Origin: Rhizomicrobium sp.
Lineage (GTDB): Bacteria > Pseudomonadota > Alphaproteobacteria > Micropepsales > Micropepsaceae
NCBI GenBank assembly: GCA_036490455.1
Contig: DASXDS010000007.1
Coordinates: 855-64,854, forward strand
Length of the DNA stretch: 64,000 nt
Reading direction: 5' to 3'
The translations under genes and the position numbers were made by a program. Below are positions 1 to 10,955 of the stretch, piece by piece. The notes beneath the pieces are model-generated. The model did not search any database, was not told the origin of the DNA, and worked only from the letters and a program-made list of their open reading frames with translations. The stretch's first letter is position 1. Each line of letters opens with the position of its first letter.

Positions 1-879
1 GCTTCTGGAAAGCCAGCCAAACACCGGCGGCGGCGTCCAGGCGCCGAGATCGATCTCCGCATCGAGCCCTTCCGGCAAGGCGCGCGGCAGGTTCTCGGTG
101 ATCCCGCCGCCGGTGATGTGCGCGAGACCCTTCACGCCGCCACCGCGGATCGCGGCGAGCCCACTCTTTATATAGAGACGGGTCGGTGCGAGCAGCGCTT
201 CGCCCAGCCTGCGCGTCTTATCGAAGGGCGCGGGCGCGCCGTAAGAAACACCTGCATCGCTCACCACCCGGCGCACCAGCGAATAGCCGTTCGAATGCAC
301 ACCGGACGATGCGACGCCGATCACGACATCGCCGGCCTGCATCTCTGCCGTCTTCGGCAGGATGTCGCCGCGTTCGACCGCGCCGACCGCGAAACCGGCT
401 AGATCGAAATCGCCTTTCGCATACAGCCCCGGCATCTCCGCGGTCTCGCCGCCGATCAGCGCGCAGCCGCTGTCCTTGCAGGCGCGCGCGATGCCTTCGA
501 TCACGACGGCCCCGGCGTCGACGTCCAGTTTGCCGGTTGCGTAATAATCCAGAAAAAAAAGCGGTTCGGCGCCCTGCACGACGATATCGTTGACACACAT
601 CGCGACAAGATCCTGTCCGATGTCCTTAAAATAGCCAATATCGATTGCGATCTTCAGCTTGGTTCCGACGCCATCGGTCGATGCGACGAGCACCGGATCG
701 CGAAAGCCTGCAGCTTTTAAATCGAACAATCCGCCGAAGCCGCCGAGTTCCGCGTCCGCGCCCTTGCGCCGTGTCGCTTTCGCAGCGGGTGCGATCCGTT
801 CGACCAGCGCTTCGCCTGCGTCGATATCCACGCCGGCGTCCTTATAGGTGAGGCTGTTGAAGCGTTTATCGTTGCTCAA
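1..879 (-). CDS. purM: phosphoribosylformylglycinamidine cyclo-ligase (AIR synthetase); the 3' end runs off the left edge
   Basis: Absent from the ORF track because there is no stop in the window. Manual reverse translation from TTG at 879-877 gives [28 protein letters not shown]...[12 protein letters not shown]...[11 protein letters not shown]...[11 protein letters not shown]...HITGGG. The frame stays open to base 1. Confidence 0.9.
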   Translation of the reverse strand, partial: MSNDKRFNSLTYKDAGVDIDAGEALVERIAPAAKATRRKGADAELGGFGGLFDLKAAGFRDPVLVASTDGVGTKLKIAIDIGYFKDIGQDLVAMCVNDIVVQGAEPLFFLDYYATGKLDVDAGAVVIEGIARACKDSGCALIGGETAEMPGLYAKGDFDLAGFAVGAVERGDILPKTAEMQAGDVVIGVASSGVHSNGYSLVRRVVSDAGVSYGAPAPFDKTRRLGEALLAPTRLYIKSGLAAIRGGGVKGLAHITGGGITENLPRALPEGLDAEIDLGAWTPPPVFGWLSRS

Positions 880-958
880 AATAAATGTTCCTGCGCGACA
901 AATGGCTTGTAGAGCACCGTTTAAGGGCGAGAATCGAGTCTCGCAAGAGAAGGTCTGA

Positions 959-2317
959 ATGTCGCTCGAAGGTGCCATAGCGGCGCATCGTTTCGGTCTC
1001 GGCGCACGTCCCGGCGAGATCGACGCGGCAAGCGGAAATCCGAAAGGATGGCTTGCCGGCCAGCTCGACGGCGCGGTGCCGCAACCGACGAGCACGGCGC
1101 TGCAATCCGGCGGCGCGCTGGCCGCGCAGGCTTCGGCCACGCTGAAGAGCGTGCGCGCCGCGCCCGATCCGGCGAAGCAGGTTGCGATCGCCAAGGGTTA
1201 CCACGAAATCTTCATGGCCGAGATGGAGGCGCGCTTCGCGCTGGGCTTCACCACTGCGCGTCCCTTCGCCGAACGTCTGGTCTGGTTCTGGAGCAATCAT
1301 TTCACCGTGTCGGGCGTGAACGGCGCGACGCTTTCGTTCATCGGCGCTTACGAGCGCGAAGCGATCCGTCCCCACGTGCTCGGCCGGTTCGAAGATCTTG
1401 TGCTGGCGACGGCGCGTCATCCGGCGATGCTCATCTATCTCAACAACGCCAAATCAATCGGGCCGGATTCGGCGGCCGGGCTGCGCACCCAGAGAGGGCT
1501 CAACGAGAATTACGGCCGCGAGCTGATGGAGCTGCACACGCTTGGCGTCGACGGCGGCTACACCCAGGCCGACGTCATCGCGCTCGCCAAGCTTCTCACC
1601 GGCTGGGCGATCGATCCGCAGGGGCAGAACGGGGGCTTCCGCTTCTATCCCTATCGCCACGAACCGGGCGACATCGTGCTGCTGGGCAAGACCTATCCGC
1701 CGACGGAAGAGGGCGGCATCCAGGCCATCCGCGATCTCGCCAACCATCCGAAAACCGCAACGCACATCGCGCGGAAATTCGCCGGCCATTTCATTTCTGA
1801 AAATCCTTCGGCGGCTTCGGTCGAAAAGCTCGCCGCTGTGTTCCGCCGCACCGGGGGCGATCTCAAAGCGCTGTCGCTGGCGGCCGTTGCCGATCCGGCG
1901 GCGTGGGAGCCTGCGAACACGCGCATCCGCCAGCCGGTCGAATACGTCACTGCGATGGCGCGCGCGCTCGACTGGAGCCCGGGGACGCCGCAGCCGGGAA
2001 CGCCGGAAGCCAAACCGCTGCGCCGGATCATGCAGAGCTGCCGCGTCATGGGCGAATTTCCCTTCAGCGCACCGTCGCCCAAAGGTTTTGAAGACACGTC
2101 CGCCGCATGGTCGGGTCCCGACGCGATCCTCACGCGGATCGAACTGGCTCATGCCGTCGCGCAAAACGCACCGGCGACCGCGGATCCCGTGCGCCTTGCC
2201 GACAGCGCGCTTGGCCAACTGCTCCGCGCAGACACGCGGCTCGCGATCCAGCGCGCGGCAAGCGGCAAACAGGGGCTGGCGCTTGCGTTCGCCAGTCCCG
2301 AATTTCAGCGGAGATAG
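959..2317 (+). CDS. DUF1800 family protein
   Basis: 452-aa ORF. Its N-terminus ([13 protein letters not shown]...) and overall composition match DUF1800 as I recall it. It sits 1 nt upstream of a DUF1501 gene, the usual pairing. Confidence 0.75.
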   Translation: MSLEGAIAAHRFGLGARPGEIDAASGNPKGWLAGQLDGAVPQPTSTALQSGGALAAQASATLKSVRAAPDPAKQVAIAKGYHEIFMAEMEARFALGFTTARPFAERLVWFWSNHFTVSGVNGATLSFIGAYEREAIRPHVLGRFEDLVLATARHPAMLIYLNNAKSIGPDSAAGLRTQRGLNENYGRELMELHTLGVDGGYTQADVIALAKLLTGWAIDPQGQNGGFRFYPYRHEPGDIVLLGKTYPPTEEGGIQAIRDLANHPKTATHIARKFAGHFISENPSAASVEKLAAVFRRTGGDLKALSLAAVADPAAWEPANTRIRQPVEYVTAMARALDWSPGTPQPGTPEAKPLRRIMQSCRVMGEFPFSAPSPKGFEDTSAAWSGPDAILTRIELAHAVAQNAPATADPVRLADSALGQLLRADTRLAIQRAASGKQGLALAFASPEFQRR

Positions 2318-2318
2318 C

Positions 2319-3572
2319 ATGTTCGACCGGCGAAGATTGCTTGGAGCATCTCTGGCCGCGACCGCGCTGTCGGCCTCGGGTATCCGCATCGCCTTCGCAT
2401 CGCCGGTGACGGACAAGCGTCTCGTCGTCGCGATCCTGCGCGGCGCGGTCGACGGGCTCACCGCCGTGCCGCCAATCGGCGATCCCGATTATGCAAAGAT
2501 ACGCGGTTCGCTTGCGATCGCGCAGACGGCGGCGCTTCCGCTCGACACGACATTCGGCCTGCATCCCGCCTTCGCGCAATTGCACGAGATGTGGGTGGCC
2601 AAGCAACTCGTCGTCTTCCATGCGATCGCGTCGCCCTATCGCGAGCGCTCGCATTTCGACGGTCAGGCGGCGCTGGAGACGGGTGGCGCCAAGCCGGACG
2701 GCTTTCGCGACGGCTGGCTCAACCGCGCGTTGCCCGGCGCCGGTCTTGCGGATAATGGCCGCGCGCTTGCGGTGGCGGAGACTGCGCCGCTCATCCTGCT
2801 CGGCAAATCGCGCGCCGCCACGTGGATGCCGGAGATCCTGCCGAGCGCGGACGAGGATTTCCTGGAACGCGTGAGGGCGCTCTATGCGCACGATCCGATC
2901 CTCGGCCGCTCGCTGTCCCAGGCGTTGAAGACCGAAGCATCGGCACGCGCGGCGATGGACGATCCTTCCACCGCGCCGTCGGCTGCACCCGTAGCAGGCG
3001 CCATGACAGAAAACACCGGGATGGCGATGAACGGACAACGTCCGGCCGCCGGTCTGGCGAGCCTGACGGCCCTGGCATCCGGCGCGGGAAAACTGCTGGC
3101 CGCGCCGGACGGTCCGCGCGTCGCCGTGCTCGATTTTTCGGGCTGGGATACCCACGTTGCGGAAGGCACAACGGACGGCACCCTGGCGCGGCGCATCGCG
3201 GCGCTCGATGCGGCTCTGGGCGCACTCAAAACAGCGCTCGGTCCCACCTGGAAAGACACCGCCGTCATCGTCGCCACCGAGTTCGGCCGAACAGTGGCGC
3301 CGAACGGTTCCGGTGGGACCGATCATGGGACCGGGACCGTCGCATTCCTGCTGGGCGGCAGCGTGGCCGGCGGACAGGTCCGCGCCACGTGGGGCGGGTT
3401 GAAGCCTGCGGAACTTTACCAGGCGCGCGATCTGCAGCCGCACGCCGACATCCGGTCTTTATTCAAGGCGGGCCTGACCGACCATCTGACCGTGCCGCGC
3501 AAGGATCTCGAAAAGACGGTCTTCCCCGACAGCAGCGCATCGCCGCCGATGCAAGGGCTGTTCGTCGCCTGA
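2319..3572 (+). CDS. DUF1501 (sulfatase-like) protein with a twin-arginine signal
   Basis: ATG at 2319 lies in frame within track ORF 1542..3572. N-terminus MFDRRRLLGASLAATALSASG is a Tat motif. A C-terminal GGTDHGTG motif is present. Confidence 0.8.
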   Translation: MFDRRRLLGASLAATALSASGIRIAFASPVTDKRLVVAILRGAVDGLTAVPPIGDPDYAKIRGSLAIAQTAALPLDTTFGLHPAFAQLHEMWVAKQLVVFHAIASPYRERSHFDGQAALETGGAKPDGFRDGWLNRALPGAGLADNGRALAVAETAPLILLGKSRAATWMPEILPSADEDFLERVRALYAHDPILGRSLSQALKTEASARAAMDDPSTAPSAAPVAGAMTENTGMAMNGQRPAAGLASLTALASGAGKLLAAPDGPRVAVLDFSGWDTHVAEGTTDGTLARRIAALDAALGALKTALGPTWKDTAVIVATEFGRTVAPNGSGGTDHGTGTVAFLLGGSVAGGQVRATWGGLKPAELYQARDLQPHADIRSLFKAGLTDHLTVPRKDLEKTVFPDSSASPPMQGLFVA

Positions 3573-3656
3573 AATCCGGGCAATGCGGCCGGCTCCGCGC
3601 CCTTCCGCCGCCGGGCGGGGGACCCTATAGTCCTGACCGTTTTTCACGAGCGCTTC

Positions 3657-4703
3657 ATGGTCCGGCCGGTCGGGGTTTTTCTTTTTGCCTGTTTTTGCCT
3701 CGCTATGCTGCCGTTTCCCGCGGCTGCGGCGGACGACCAGTACACGGTCCGCAATATCCATGTTGACGCCTCGGCGGTGTCATCTTCGGCGGCCCAGAAT
3801 GCGGCGATCGCGCAAGGCCGGCCGAAGGCGTGGCAAATGCTCTATCGCCGTCTGGCCAAGCAGGCGGACTGGGCCAAGCAGCCGCCGCTCGACGATCTGG
3901 GCATCGAACGGCTGATGCGCACCTACACGGTGGGGAACGAGCGGCGCTCGACCACCCGTTACACGGCCGACATCACCTACATCTTCAATCCCGATCAGGT
4001 CCGCCGCCTGTTGAAGAACACCGGTGTCGCCTATCTCGATGCGGCGGCGACCAAACGCATCCTGATCGTGCCGATGTCGCCCGGCTATTCGCCGGCAGCG
4101 CCGTGGTCGGTGGCCTGGAGAAACCCGAAATTGCTCAACGGCGCGGTGCCGCTGCAGCTTCCGCCGGAGGATCCGGACGCCGCGGCCGCACTCGGCCGCC
4201 TGAACTTCGACAAAGCGACCTGGAAAAATGTCGCCGCGATGGCCACGCGGTTACAGGTGAGTGAGATCGCGCTGCTCCTGTTGAACGGCAACAGCGTGCG
4301 CATCCATCACCTGTCGCTCACGCCCATCGCCGGAAACGCCGTCGAAGATGTGCCGTTCAGCGGCGGGATGCCGGGCGCCACGGCTGCGACGCAAAACGCC
4401 CTGGTAGAGTACTGGAAAGATCGTTCCGCGATCGATTTCAGCCACCACCAGCACGCCACCGTGACGGCGCATTTCGATTCGCTCAGCGACTGGGCGACGT
4501 TGCTCGCGTCGCTGAGCGCAGTTCCGACCGTGACCGGCGTGGAAGTGGTCGCGATCGACAATGGCGAGGCGCGGCTGGGCGTCGTCTATGTCGGATCGCT
4601 CGATCAGATGCACGATGCGCTGGCCAACGCCAAGATCGCGCTCAACCAAAACGACACCGGCTGGTCGCTCGGCTTTCAGTCTTCTTCGGCGTCGTCGCAA
4701 TGA
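3657..4703 (+). CDS. conserved secreted hypothetical protein (possibly DUF2066-like)
   Basis: 348-aa ORF with a signal peptide (MVRPVGVFLFACFCLAMLPFPAAAA). Its stop overlaps the next gene's start (ATGA). Confidence 0.6.
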   Translation: MVRPVGVFLFACFCLAMLPFPAAAADDQYTVRNIHVDASAVSSSAAQNAAIAQGRPKAWQMLYRRLAKQADWAKQPPLDDLGIERLMRTYTVGNERRSTTRYTADITYIFNPDQVRRLLKNTGVAYLDAAATKRILIVPMSPGYSPAAPWSVAWRNPKLLNGAVPLQLPPEDPDAAAALGRLNFDKATWKNVAAMATRLQVSEIALLLLNGNSVRIHHLSLTPIAGNAVEDVPFSGGMPGATAATQNALVEYWKDRSAIDFSHHQHATVTAHFDSLSDWATLLASLSAVPTVTGVEVVAIDNGEARLGVVYVGSLDQMHDALANAKIALNQNDTGWSLGFQSSSASSQ

Positions 4704-5260
4704 TGGTGCTGTTCCGCAACATCCCGAACGTGCTGACGGGGCTGCGGCTGCTGCTCGCGCCGATCACGGCGTTCTTCATTCTGCATGAGCAATACGGCGC
4801 GGCGTTGCTGGTGTTCGCGTTCGCCGGCGCCAGCGATGCGGCCGACGGTTTCCTCGCCAAGCGTTTCGGTCTGGAGTCGCGCTTCGGCGCGCTGCTCGAT
4901 CCGGCGGCCGACAAGCTCCTCATGCTGCTGTCGTTCCTGTCGCTGACCAGGATGGACGTGATCCCGCTCTGGCTCACCGCGGTGGTGATCGCGCGCGACG
5001 CGGCGATCGTGCTTGGCGTCTTCGTCGTGCAGATCTTCTCGCTCCCGGTCCGCATCGAACCGCTGCCGATCGGAAAGATCTGCACGGTGGTGCAGGTCAG
5101 CTACGTCGCGCTGATGCTGCTGTTCCGCGTGCTCGGCGTGGAGGCGCAGAGCAGTGTCGAGGCGCTCTCCGTTCTCACCGCGGCGGCCACGGCGATTTCC
5201 TGGCTGCTCTACGGCCAGACGTTCCTGCGCGGTCTCCTGCCGGGCAGCAAAACGGCCTGA
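4700..5260 (+). CDS. CDP-alcohol phosphatidyltransferase family protein
   Basis: Contains DAADGFLAKRFGLESRFGALLDPAADK, which matches the D-x2-DG-x2-AR...G-x3-D-x3-D signature. Polytopic membrane protein. Confidence 0.85.
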   Translation: MMVLFRNIPNVLTGLRLLLAPITAFFILHEQYGAALLVFAFAGASDAADGFLAKRFGLESRFGALLDPAADKLLMLLSFLSLTRMDVIPLWLTAVVIARDAAIVLGVFVVQIFSLPVRIEPLPIGKICTVVQVSYVALMLLFRVLGVEAQSSVEALSVLTAAATAISWLLYGQTFLRGLLPGSKTA

Positions 5261-5261
5261 A

Positions 5262-5918
5262 GTGCCCGATCAGCTGATTCTTCCGTTCGAAGTGCGCGCC
5301 GCTCTGGGGCGTGAGGATTTTCTCGTCGCCCCCGGCAACGAAGCCGCCGTATCGTTCATCGACCGCTGGCCAGAGTGGCCGGTCCATGCCGCCGCGCTGT
5401 TCGGTCCGTCCGGCTCGGGCAAAAGTCATCTGGTGCAGGTCTGGCGCGCGCGCAGTGCTGCCCGCGTCGTCCCGATCTCCGCGCTCGACATCGAGGTGAC
5501 ACGCGAACCCGCCGCACCGTTGGTGGTCGAGGATGTGGACACCGCGCCGGCGACCGCCGAACGCGACGGGATTCTGTTCACGCTGCTGGATCAGCCCGGC
5601 CGGCCGCTGATTTTCACGGGGCGCGCGCCACCCGCCGAATGGGCTGTCACATTGCCCGACCTGGCGTCGCGCTTGCGCGCATTGCCGGGCTTTGCCCTGT
5701 GGGTACCGGACGACACCCTGCTGGCCGGGATCGCACGCAAGCTGTTCACGGATCGGCAACTCGACGTACCGGATACTGTCATCATGCGCATGGTCCAGTC
5801 GCTCGAACGGTCGCCCGCGGCGATCCGGGATTTCGTCGCCCGCGCCGATGCGCGCGCGCTGGCCGAGCACCGCCCCATAAATACCGCGCTGATCCGCGAG
5901 CTTCTGGCGGTGTCATGA
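5262..5918 (+). CDS. hdaA: DnaA-related regulatory inactivation protein HdaA
   Basis: GTG at 5262 lies in frame with track ORF 5154..5918. Sequence PDQLILPF...[11 protein letters not shown] has Walker-A-like, short DnaA-domain-III-like architecture. The stop overlaps the ppk start. Confidence 0.7.
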   Translation: MPDQLILPFEVRAALGREDFLVAPGNEAAVSFIDRWPEWPVHAAALFGPSGSGKSHLVQVWRARSAARVVPISALDIEVTREPAAPLVVEDVDTAPATAERDGILFTLLDQPGRPLIFTGRAPPAEWAVTLPDLASRLRALPGFALWVPDDTLLAGIARKLFTDRQLDVPDTVIMRMVQSLERSPAAIRDFVARADARALAEHRPINTALIRELLAVS

Positions 5919-8158
5919 CAGTTTCGCGAAAAAGACCTAGCCTGTCCGAAATGGCCAAGATCGAAGCGCTTTCCGAAGCCGGCGCCATGCCGCTGCCCGC
6001 CAATTCCGATCCCGCGGAAAAGGCGGAGCACGACATCCACACCAATCCGGATCGTTTCGTGAACCGCGAGCTCTCGTGGCTCGCGTTCAATCGCCGGGTG
6101 CTGGAAGAGGCGCGCAACCTGCGCCATCCGCTGCTGGAGCGGTTGCGTTTCCTTTCGATCTCCGCCTCCAACCTCGACGAGTTCTACATGGTCCGCGTCG
6201 CGGGCCTGAAGGAGATGGTGGAGGGCAACGTCGCAACCCTGAGCGCCGACGGCCTGACGCCGGCCCAGCAGGTCACGCGGGTGGAAGACGTCGCGCGCGA
6301 ATTGATGGCCGACCAGCAGACCGTGTGGATCGCGCTGGATCAGGAGATGCGCAAGGCCGGCGTCTTCCTGCTGCACAACGACGAGCTGACGGCATCCGAC
6401 CGCCAGTGGCTCGAAGTCGAATTCCGCCAGCAGGTGTTTCCGGTTCTGACGCCGCTTGCGATCGACCCGGCGCATCCGTTCCCGTTCATTCCCAATCTCG
6501 GTTTTGCGCTCGCGCTCAAACTGATCCGCAAGCACGACGGCAAGCACGTGAACGCGCTCATTCCCGTACCGTCGCAGCTCAAGCGCTTCATGCGGTTGCC
6601 CGACGCCGACAAGGCCGAACGCTTCGTGCCGCTGGAGACGGTGATCCGGCTGTTCCTCGACAAGCTGTTCCCCGGTCACACCGTCGAAGGCTCCGGCCTG
6701 TTCCGCATCCTGCGCGACAGCGACGTCGAGGTGGAAGAAGAAGCCGAAGATCTCGTGCTCCTGTTCGAGACGCTGCTGCAGCGCCGCCGCCGCGGCAGCG
6801 TCATCCACATGAAATGCAACCGGTCGATGCCGGACGACCTGCGCAAGTTCATCGCCGGCCATCTCGATCTGGCGGATTCCGAAGTGGTGCAGATCGAGCG
6901 CCTGCTCGGCCTGTCGGACTTGCCCGAGTTGATCATCGACGAGCGGCGCGATCTGCAGTTTCCGCCCTACAATGCGCGTTTCCCGGAGCGGATTCGCGAG
7001 CATGGCGGCGACTGTTTCGCGGCGATCCGAGCCAAGGATCTGGTGGTCCATCATCCGTTCGAGAGCTTCGACGTCGTCGTCCAGTTCCTGCGCCAGGCGG
7101 CGCTCGATCCGAACGTGGTGGCGATCAAGCAGACGCTGTACCGCACCTCGAAAGACTCGCCGATCGTCAAGGCGCTGATCGAAGCGGCGGACGCGGGCAA
7201 GTCCGTGACCGCGCTGGTCGAACTCAAAGCGCGCTTCGACGAAGCGGCCAACATCAAATGGGCCCGCGATCTCGAGCGCGCCGGTGTGCAGGTCGTGTTC
7301 GGTTTCATGGCGCTCAAGACCCACGCCAAGGTGAGCATGGTGGTGCGCCGCGAAGGCGGACAATTGCGCACCTACTGCCATTTCGGCACCGGCAACTACC
7401 ATCCGGTGACCGCGAAGATCTATACCGACCTGTCGCTGTTCAGCGCCGATCCCGCGCTGGGGCGCGATGCGGCGCAGATCTTCAACTACATCACCGGCTA
7501 CGCCGAACCGGCGAGCCTGGAGAAGATCGCGATCTCGCCGATCAATCTGCGCGGCACCCTGATCGATGCGATCCAGCAGGAGATCACCCATGCGCTCGCC
7601 GGCAAGCCGGCCGCGATCTGGGTGAAGCTCAACAGTCTCGTCGATTCCCACATCATCGACGGGCTCTACAAGGCGAGCCAGGCCGGCGTGTCGATCGACC
7701 TCGTGGTGCGCGGCATCTGCTGCCTGCGTCCGGGCGTGCCGGGCCTGTCGGACAACATCCGGGTGAAAAGCATCGTCGGCCGCTTCCTCGAACATGGCCG
7801 CATCATCTGTTTCGGGGCCGGACACGGCCTGCCGTCGCCGAAATCGAAGGTCTTTATTTCTTCGGCCGACTGGATGCCGCGCAATCTGGACCGCCGGGTC
7901 GAGACCCTGGTGCCGATCGAAAATCCCACGGTCCACCAGCAGATCCAGGACCAGATCATGGTGGCGCTCCTGAAGGATAATGCCCAGTCCTGGAGCATGA
8001 ATGCGGCCGGAACTTACGTGCGCGACCCGGCGGCCTCTCGCCCGGACGCGTTTTCCGCGCATACTTACTTCATGACGAATCCCTCTCTCTCCGGCCGTGG
8101 CCGGGCGCTGAAGATCGAACAGCCTGCAACCGTCGCCGTCCTGCCGCGGCGCGACTGA
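5915..8158 (+). CDS. ppk: polyphosphate kinase 1
   Basis: ATG at 5915 within track ORF 5375..8158. Contains [19 protein letters not shown]...[23 protein letters not shown] and the paired PLD-like C-terminal domains typical of PPK1. Confidence 0.95.
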   Translation: MTVSRKRPSLSEMAKIEALSEAGAMPLPANSDPAEKAEHDIHTNPDRFVNRELSWLAFNRRVLEEARNLRHPLLERLRFLSISASNLDEFYMVRVAGLKEMVEGNVATLSADGLTPAQQVTRVEDVARELMADQQTVWIALDQEMRKAGVFLLHNDELTASDRQWLEVEFRQQVFPVLTPLAIDPAHPFPFIPNLGFALALKLIRKHDGKHVNALIPVPSQLKRFMRLPDADKAERFVPLETVIRLFLDKLFPGHTVEGSGLFRILRDSDVEVEEEAEDLVLLFETLLQRRRRGSVIHMKCNRSMPDDLRKFIAGHLDLADSEVVQIERLLGLSDLPELIIDERRDLQFPPYNARFPERIREHGGDCFAAIRAKDLVVHHPFESFDVVVQFLRQAALDPNVVAIKQTLYRTSKDSPIVKALIEAADAGKSVTALVELKARFDEAANIKWARDLERAGVQVVFGFMALKTHAKVSMVVRREGGQLRTYCHFGTGNYHPVTAKIYTDLSLFSADPALGRDAAQIFNYITGYAEPASLEKIAISPINLRGTLIDAIQQEITHALAGKPAAIWVKLNSLVDSHIIDGLYKASQAGVSIDLVVRGICCLRPGVPGLSDNIRVKSIVGRFLEHGRIICFGAGHGLPSPKSKVFISSADWMPRNLDRRVETLVPIENPTVHQQIQDQIMVALLKDNAQSWSMNAAGTYVRDPAASRPDAFSAHTYFMTNPSLSGRGRALKIEQPATVAVLPRRD

Positions 8159-8161
8159 GGC

Positions 8162-9694
8162 ATGGCTTCCTCGCCCACCATCGCGGCGAGTCTCGGCTCG
8201 CTAACGGGTTCGCGCGAGCGTTCGCGGCGCGACCGGCCGCTTGCGATCGTCGATATCGGCTCGAACTCCGTGCGTCTGGTGATCTACGAGACGGCGTCGC
8301 GCATGCCGTCGGTGGTGCATAACGAAAAGTCGATCTGCGCCATCGGCCGCAACATGGTGTCGAGCGGCCGCCTCAACGACGACGGCATCGTGCTGGCGCT
8401 CGAGGCGCTGAAGCGGTTCCGGATGATCGTGAATGCGCATGGCGTGGAGGCGCGCGATGCCGTCGCCACGGCTGCGGCGCGCGACGCCGCCAACGGACGC
8501 GAGTTCGTCCGCCGCGCCGAAGCGGCGTGGGGTTCGCCGATCCGCGTGCTCTCCGGCGAAGAGGAAGCGCGGCTGGCGGCGGAAGGCGTGCTGGCAGGCA
8601 TTCCCGATGCCGACGGTCTAGTCGGCGATCTCGGCGGCGGCAGCCTCGACATGGTGACCGTCAAGAACGGCAAGACCGGCGCGGCGCTCACGCTGCCTTA
8701 CGGCCCGCTCCGCCTGATGGACGCGACCGGGGGCGATATCGACGATACGCGAAATCTCGTGGACAAAGGCCTGCATGTGCTGGACGGACTCGGCAAGCTG
8801 GAAGGCCGCGCGCTCTACGCCGTCGGCGGCATCTGGCGTTCGTTCGCGCGCGTCGACATGGAAGAGATCGGCTATCCGCTGCACGTCCTGCAGCAATACA
8901 CGATCCCGCGCGACCGCGCGCTCAGGCTCTGCAAGGTGATCTCGCGCCTTTCGATGAAATCGCTGGAGCGCATGAAGGTCGTCTCGAAGCGCCGTGCGGA
9001 ATCCCTGCCCTATGGCGCGATCGTGCTGGAACGCCTGCTGCTCGCCACCGAGATGAAGGAAATCGTGGTCTCCGCTTACGGGTTGCGCGAAGGTCTGTTG
9101 TTCGCAGGCCTCGCCGAAGACGAACGCGCGAAGGATCCGCTGCTCGAATTCGCCGGCGGCATGAACAGCCGCCTGTCGCGGGTGCCGCAGCACGCGCATG
9201 AGATGTTCGCGTGGATGGACAATCTCTATCCGAACGAGAAGCCGGCCGACCGCCGCATTCGCGAAGCGTTCACGATGCTGTCGGACATCGCCTGGCGGCG
9301 CCATCCCGACGACCGCTCGCTCGGCGGCTTCAACCAGGTTCTCACCGCACCGTTCTCGGGCTGCGATCACCGCGCCCGCGCGCTGATCGCGACGGCGGTG
9401 TTTCACCGCTATTCCGGCGACGAGGATTTCCCGCGCGAATACGCCGCCGCAGGATTGCTCCCCGAGGACGACGAGGAGCAGGCGATCCGCATGGGCCTCG
9501 CGGCGCGGCTGGCGTTCGCGCTTTCGGCCTCCGCCGTGGGCGAGTTGCCGTATTACACGCTGCGCCTGACGCCCACCCGGATCCTGCTGAACGTGCCGCC
9601 CCGGCGCGAAACCATCGCCGGCGAACCGGTGCAGAAGCGCCTCGGCGCGCTGGCGGACGCGTTCGACCGGAAAGGCGAGATTCTGGTCGGTTAA
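8162..9694 (+). CDS. ppx: exopolyphosphatase (Ppx/GppA family)
   Basis: 510 aa. Has the IVDIGSNSVRLVIY ASKHA N-terminal motif. Lies directly downstream of ppk. Confidence 0.9.
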   Translation: MASSPTIAASLGSLTGSRERSRRDRPLAIVDIGSNSVRLVIYETASRMPSVVHNEKSICAIGRNMVSSGRLNDDGIVLALEALKRFRMIVNAHGVEARDAVATAAARDAANGREFVRRAEAAWGSPIRVLSGEEEARLAAEGVLAGIPDADGLVGDLGGGSLDMVTVKNGKTGAALTLPYGPLRLMDATGGDIDDTRNLVDKGLHVLDGLGKLEGRALYAVGGIWRSFARVDMEEIGYPLHVLQQYTIPRDRALRLCKVISRLSMKSLERMKVVSKRRAESLPYGAIVLERLLLATEMKEIVVSAYGLREGLLFAGLAEDERAKDPLLEFAGGMNSRLSRVPQHAHEMFAWMDNLYPNEKPADRRIREAFTMLSDIAWRRHPDDRSLGGFNQVLTAPFSGCDHRARALIATAVFHRYSGDEDFPREYAAAGLLPEDDEEQAIRMGLAARLAFALSASAVGELPYYTLRLTPTRILLNVPPRRETIAGEPVQKRLGALADAFDRKGEILVG

Positions 9695-9700
9695 ACGCCG

Positions 9701-10102
9701 CTACAGTTCGATGACGTAGCCGTCCGGATCGGAAACGTAGGCGTACGGATATTGTCCGTCGCGCTTGCCCCGCGAAACCAGCTTTCCGCCGGCTTTCTCC
9801 ACCTGCGCAATCGCGCGGTCGTGATCCCGCGCATCCAGCTTGAATCCGAAATGCTGGAAGCCGCCCGCCATGCCGACAGGCTCGTCCGGTCCGACCAGAT
9901 GCAGGGCAAGCGAATGCTGTGCTGCCTCCGGCGTCATGAAGAGAAGCTCGTCGCCCACCTTGAAGCTGACCTTCAGTCCGAACGCCCCTTTGTAGAAGCG
10001 CACTGACCGCGCCAGATCGCGCACGTTGAGGTGCAGGTGGTTGAAGCCCTCGGCGCGGACAGGGGCTTCGACGGTCGCGGCTTCTGCCGGTTGTTGGGAC
10101 AT
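9701..10102 (-). CDS. VOC (glyoxalase/bleomycin-resistance/dioxygenase) family protein
   Basis: Track ORF 9701..10159. The start MSQQPAE at 10102 is preferred. [18 protein letters not shown]...[12 protein letters not shown] is a typical VOC fold sequence. Confidence 0.8.
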   Translation of the reverse strand: MSQQPAEAATVEAPVRAEGFNHLHLNVRDLARSVRFYKGAFGLKVSFKVGDELLFMTPEAAQHSLALHLVGPDEPVGMAGGFQHFGFKLDARDHDRAIAQVEKAGGKLVSRGKRDGQYPYAYVSDPDGYVIEL

Positions 10103-10275
10103 GGCTCGCCTCGTCGTTGGAGCGCCGGCCATGGTGCGCGCGCCCGCAAGGGGTGGCAAGGTGCAGCGGGAAACCGCCCGAAATTGACCGTGCCGCGCCT
10201 TATTTCTTGCGCGTCAAGGCGTTAGGGTCTTTAAGGCGGCTGGAACGTCCTCCCGGGAGGACGAAGGAGACATCC

Positions 10276-10479
10276 ATGGGTAGCCTGAGCATCTGGCACA
10301 TTCTGATCCTTGCGGCGATCGTGCTGCTGCTGTTCGGCGGCCGCGGCAAGATTTCCGACCTGATGGGCGATTTCGGCAAAGGCATCAAAAGCTTTCGCGA
10401 AGGGCTGAACACGCCCGAGGATCCGAAGGTCATCAATGCCGAGCGCGCCGAGGACAAGAAAGACACTGTCGCGCGCTGA
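10276..10479 (+). CDS. tatA: Sec-independent translocase subunit TatA
   Basis: [43 protein letters not shown]. Internal ATG of track ORF 10117..10479. Confidence 0.9.
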   Translation: MGSLSIWHILILAAIVLLLFGGRGKISDLMGDFGKGIKSFREGLNTPEDPKVINAERAEDKKDTVAR

Positions 10480-10507
10480 CGGATCCATGTGCCAAGCCAA
10501 AGCTCTC

Positions 10508-10528
10508 ACCCTCCCTCAAGGGGAGGGT
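10508..10528. repeat. GC-rich REP-like hairpin ACCCTCCC-TCAAG-GGGAGGGT (8-bp stem, 5-nt loop) between tatA and tatB
   Basis: Read directly. The same unit recurs twice at 12203-12275. Confidence 0.8.
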
Positions 10529-10544
10529 TTATAGAGCACCCCGC

Positions 10545-10955
10545 ATGTTCGATCTCTTCAGCGGTCCTCACATCCTGCTTCTGCTCATCGTCGCGCTCGT
10601 CGTGGTGGGGCCGAAGGATTTGCCGAAACTGATGCGCACCGCCGGCCAGTGGACGGCGAAGGCGCGCGGGATGGCGAATGAATTCCGCAAGAGCTTCGAC
10701 GAGATGGCGCGCCAGAGCGAGCTGGACGAACTGCGCGCCGAACTGGATGCGCTGCGCAAGGAGCGGCCGCTCGCCGATGTGCACGACGCGCTGAACAATT
10801 CGATCGTCCCGCCGGACATGCAGAGCAAGCCGTCGGTCTCCGTCTCGTCCGAAAACGTGATGACGCCCATCGTGCATGAGCCGGTCGAGGCCGAGCCGCC
10901 GCTGCCCGATCCCGCGACCGTCACCGACGTTTTGAAAAATCCGCCCGCGCCATGA
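10545..10955 (+). CDS. tatB: Sec-independent translocase subunit TatB
   Basis: MFDLFSGPHILLLLIVALVVVGPKDLPKLMRTAGQW. Sits between tatA and tatC. Confidence 0.85.
   Translation: MFDLFSGPHILLLLIVALVVVGPKDLPKLMRTAGQWTAKARGMANEFRKSFDEMARQSELDELRAELDALRKERPLADVHDALNNSIVPPDMQSKPSVSVSSENVMTPIVHEPVEAEPPLPDPATVTDVLKNPPAP

Noticed and set aside
1542-2318. Long N-terminal extensions suggested by the track for DUF1501 (1542), ppk (5375), tgt (51099), pcm (15407), uvrA (38183), the amidase A gene (26641), TetR (32443) and the C45 gene (60723).
   Set aside because: These extensions overlap upstream genes in another frame and are low-complexity. Canonical family N-termini begin at internal start codons, often with ATGA or 1-4 nt coupling to the upstream stop.
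5591-8062. 823-aa ORF antisense to ppk. Similar long antisense ORFs are 12347..13693 (serS), 19542..21017 (secD), 35145..36950 and 36993..38288 (uvrA), 43461..45893 (gyrA), 47899..50028 (degT/queA), 51642..52679 (tgt) and 54094..55533 (esterase).
   Set aside because: These are Arg/Ala/Gly/Asp-rich low-complexity translations with no recognisable motifs, each lying exactly opposite a gene with strong family signatures. They are typical stop-poor shadow frames of high-GC DNA.
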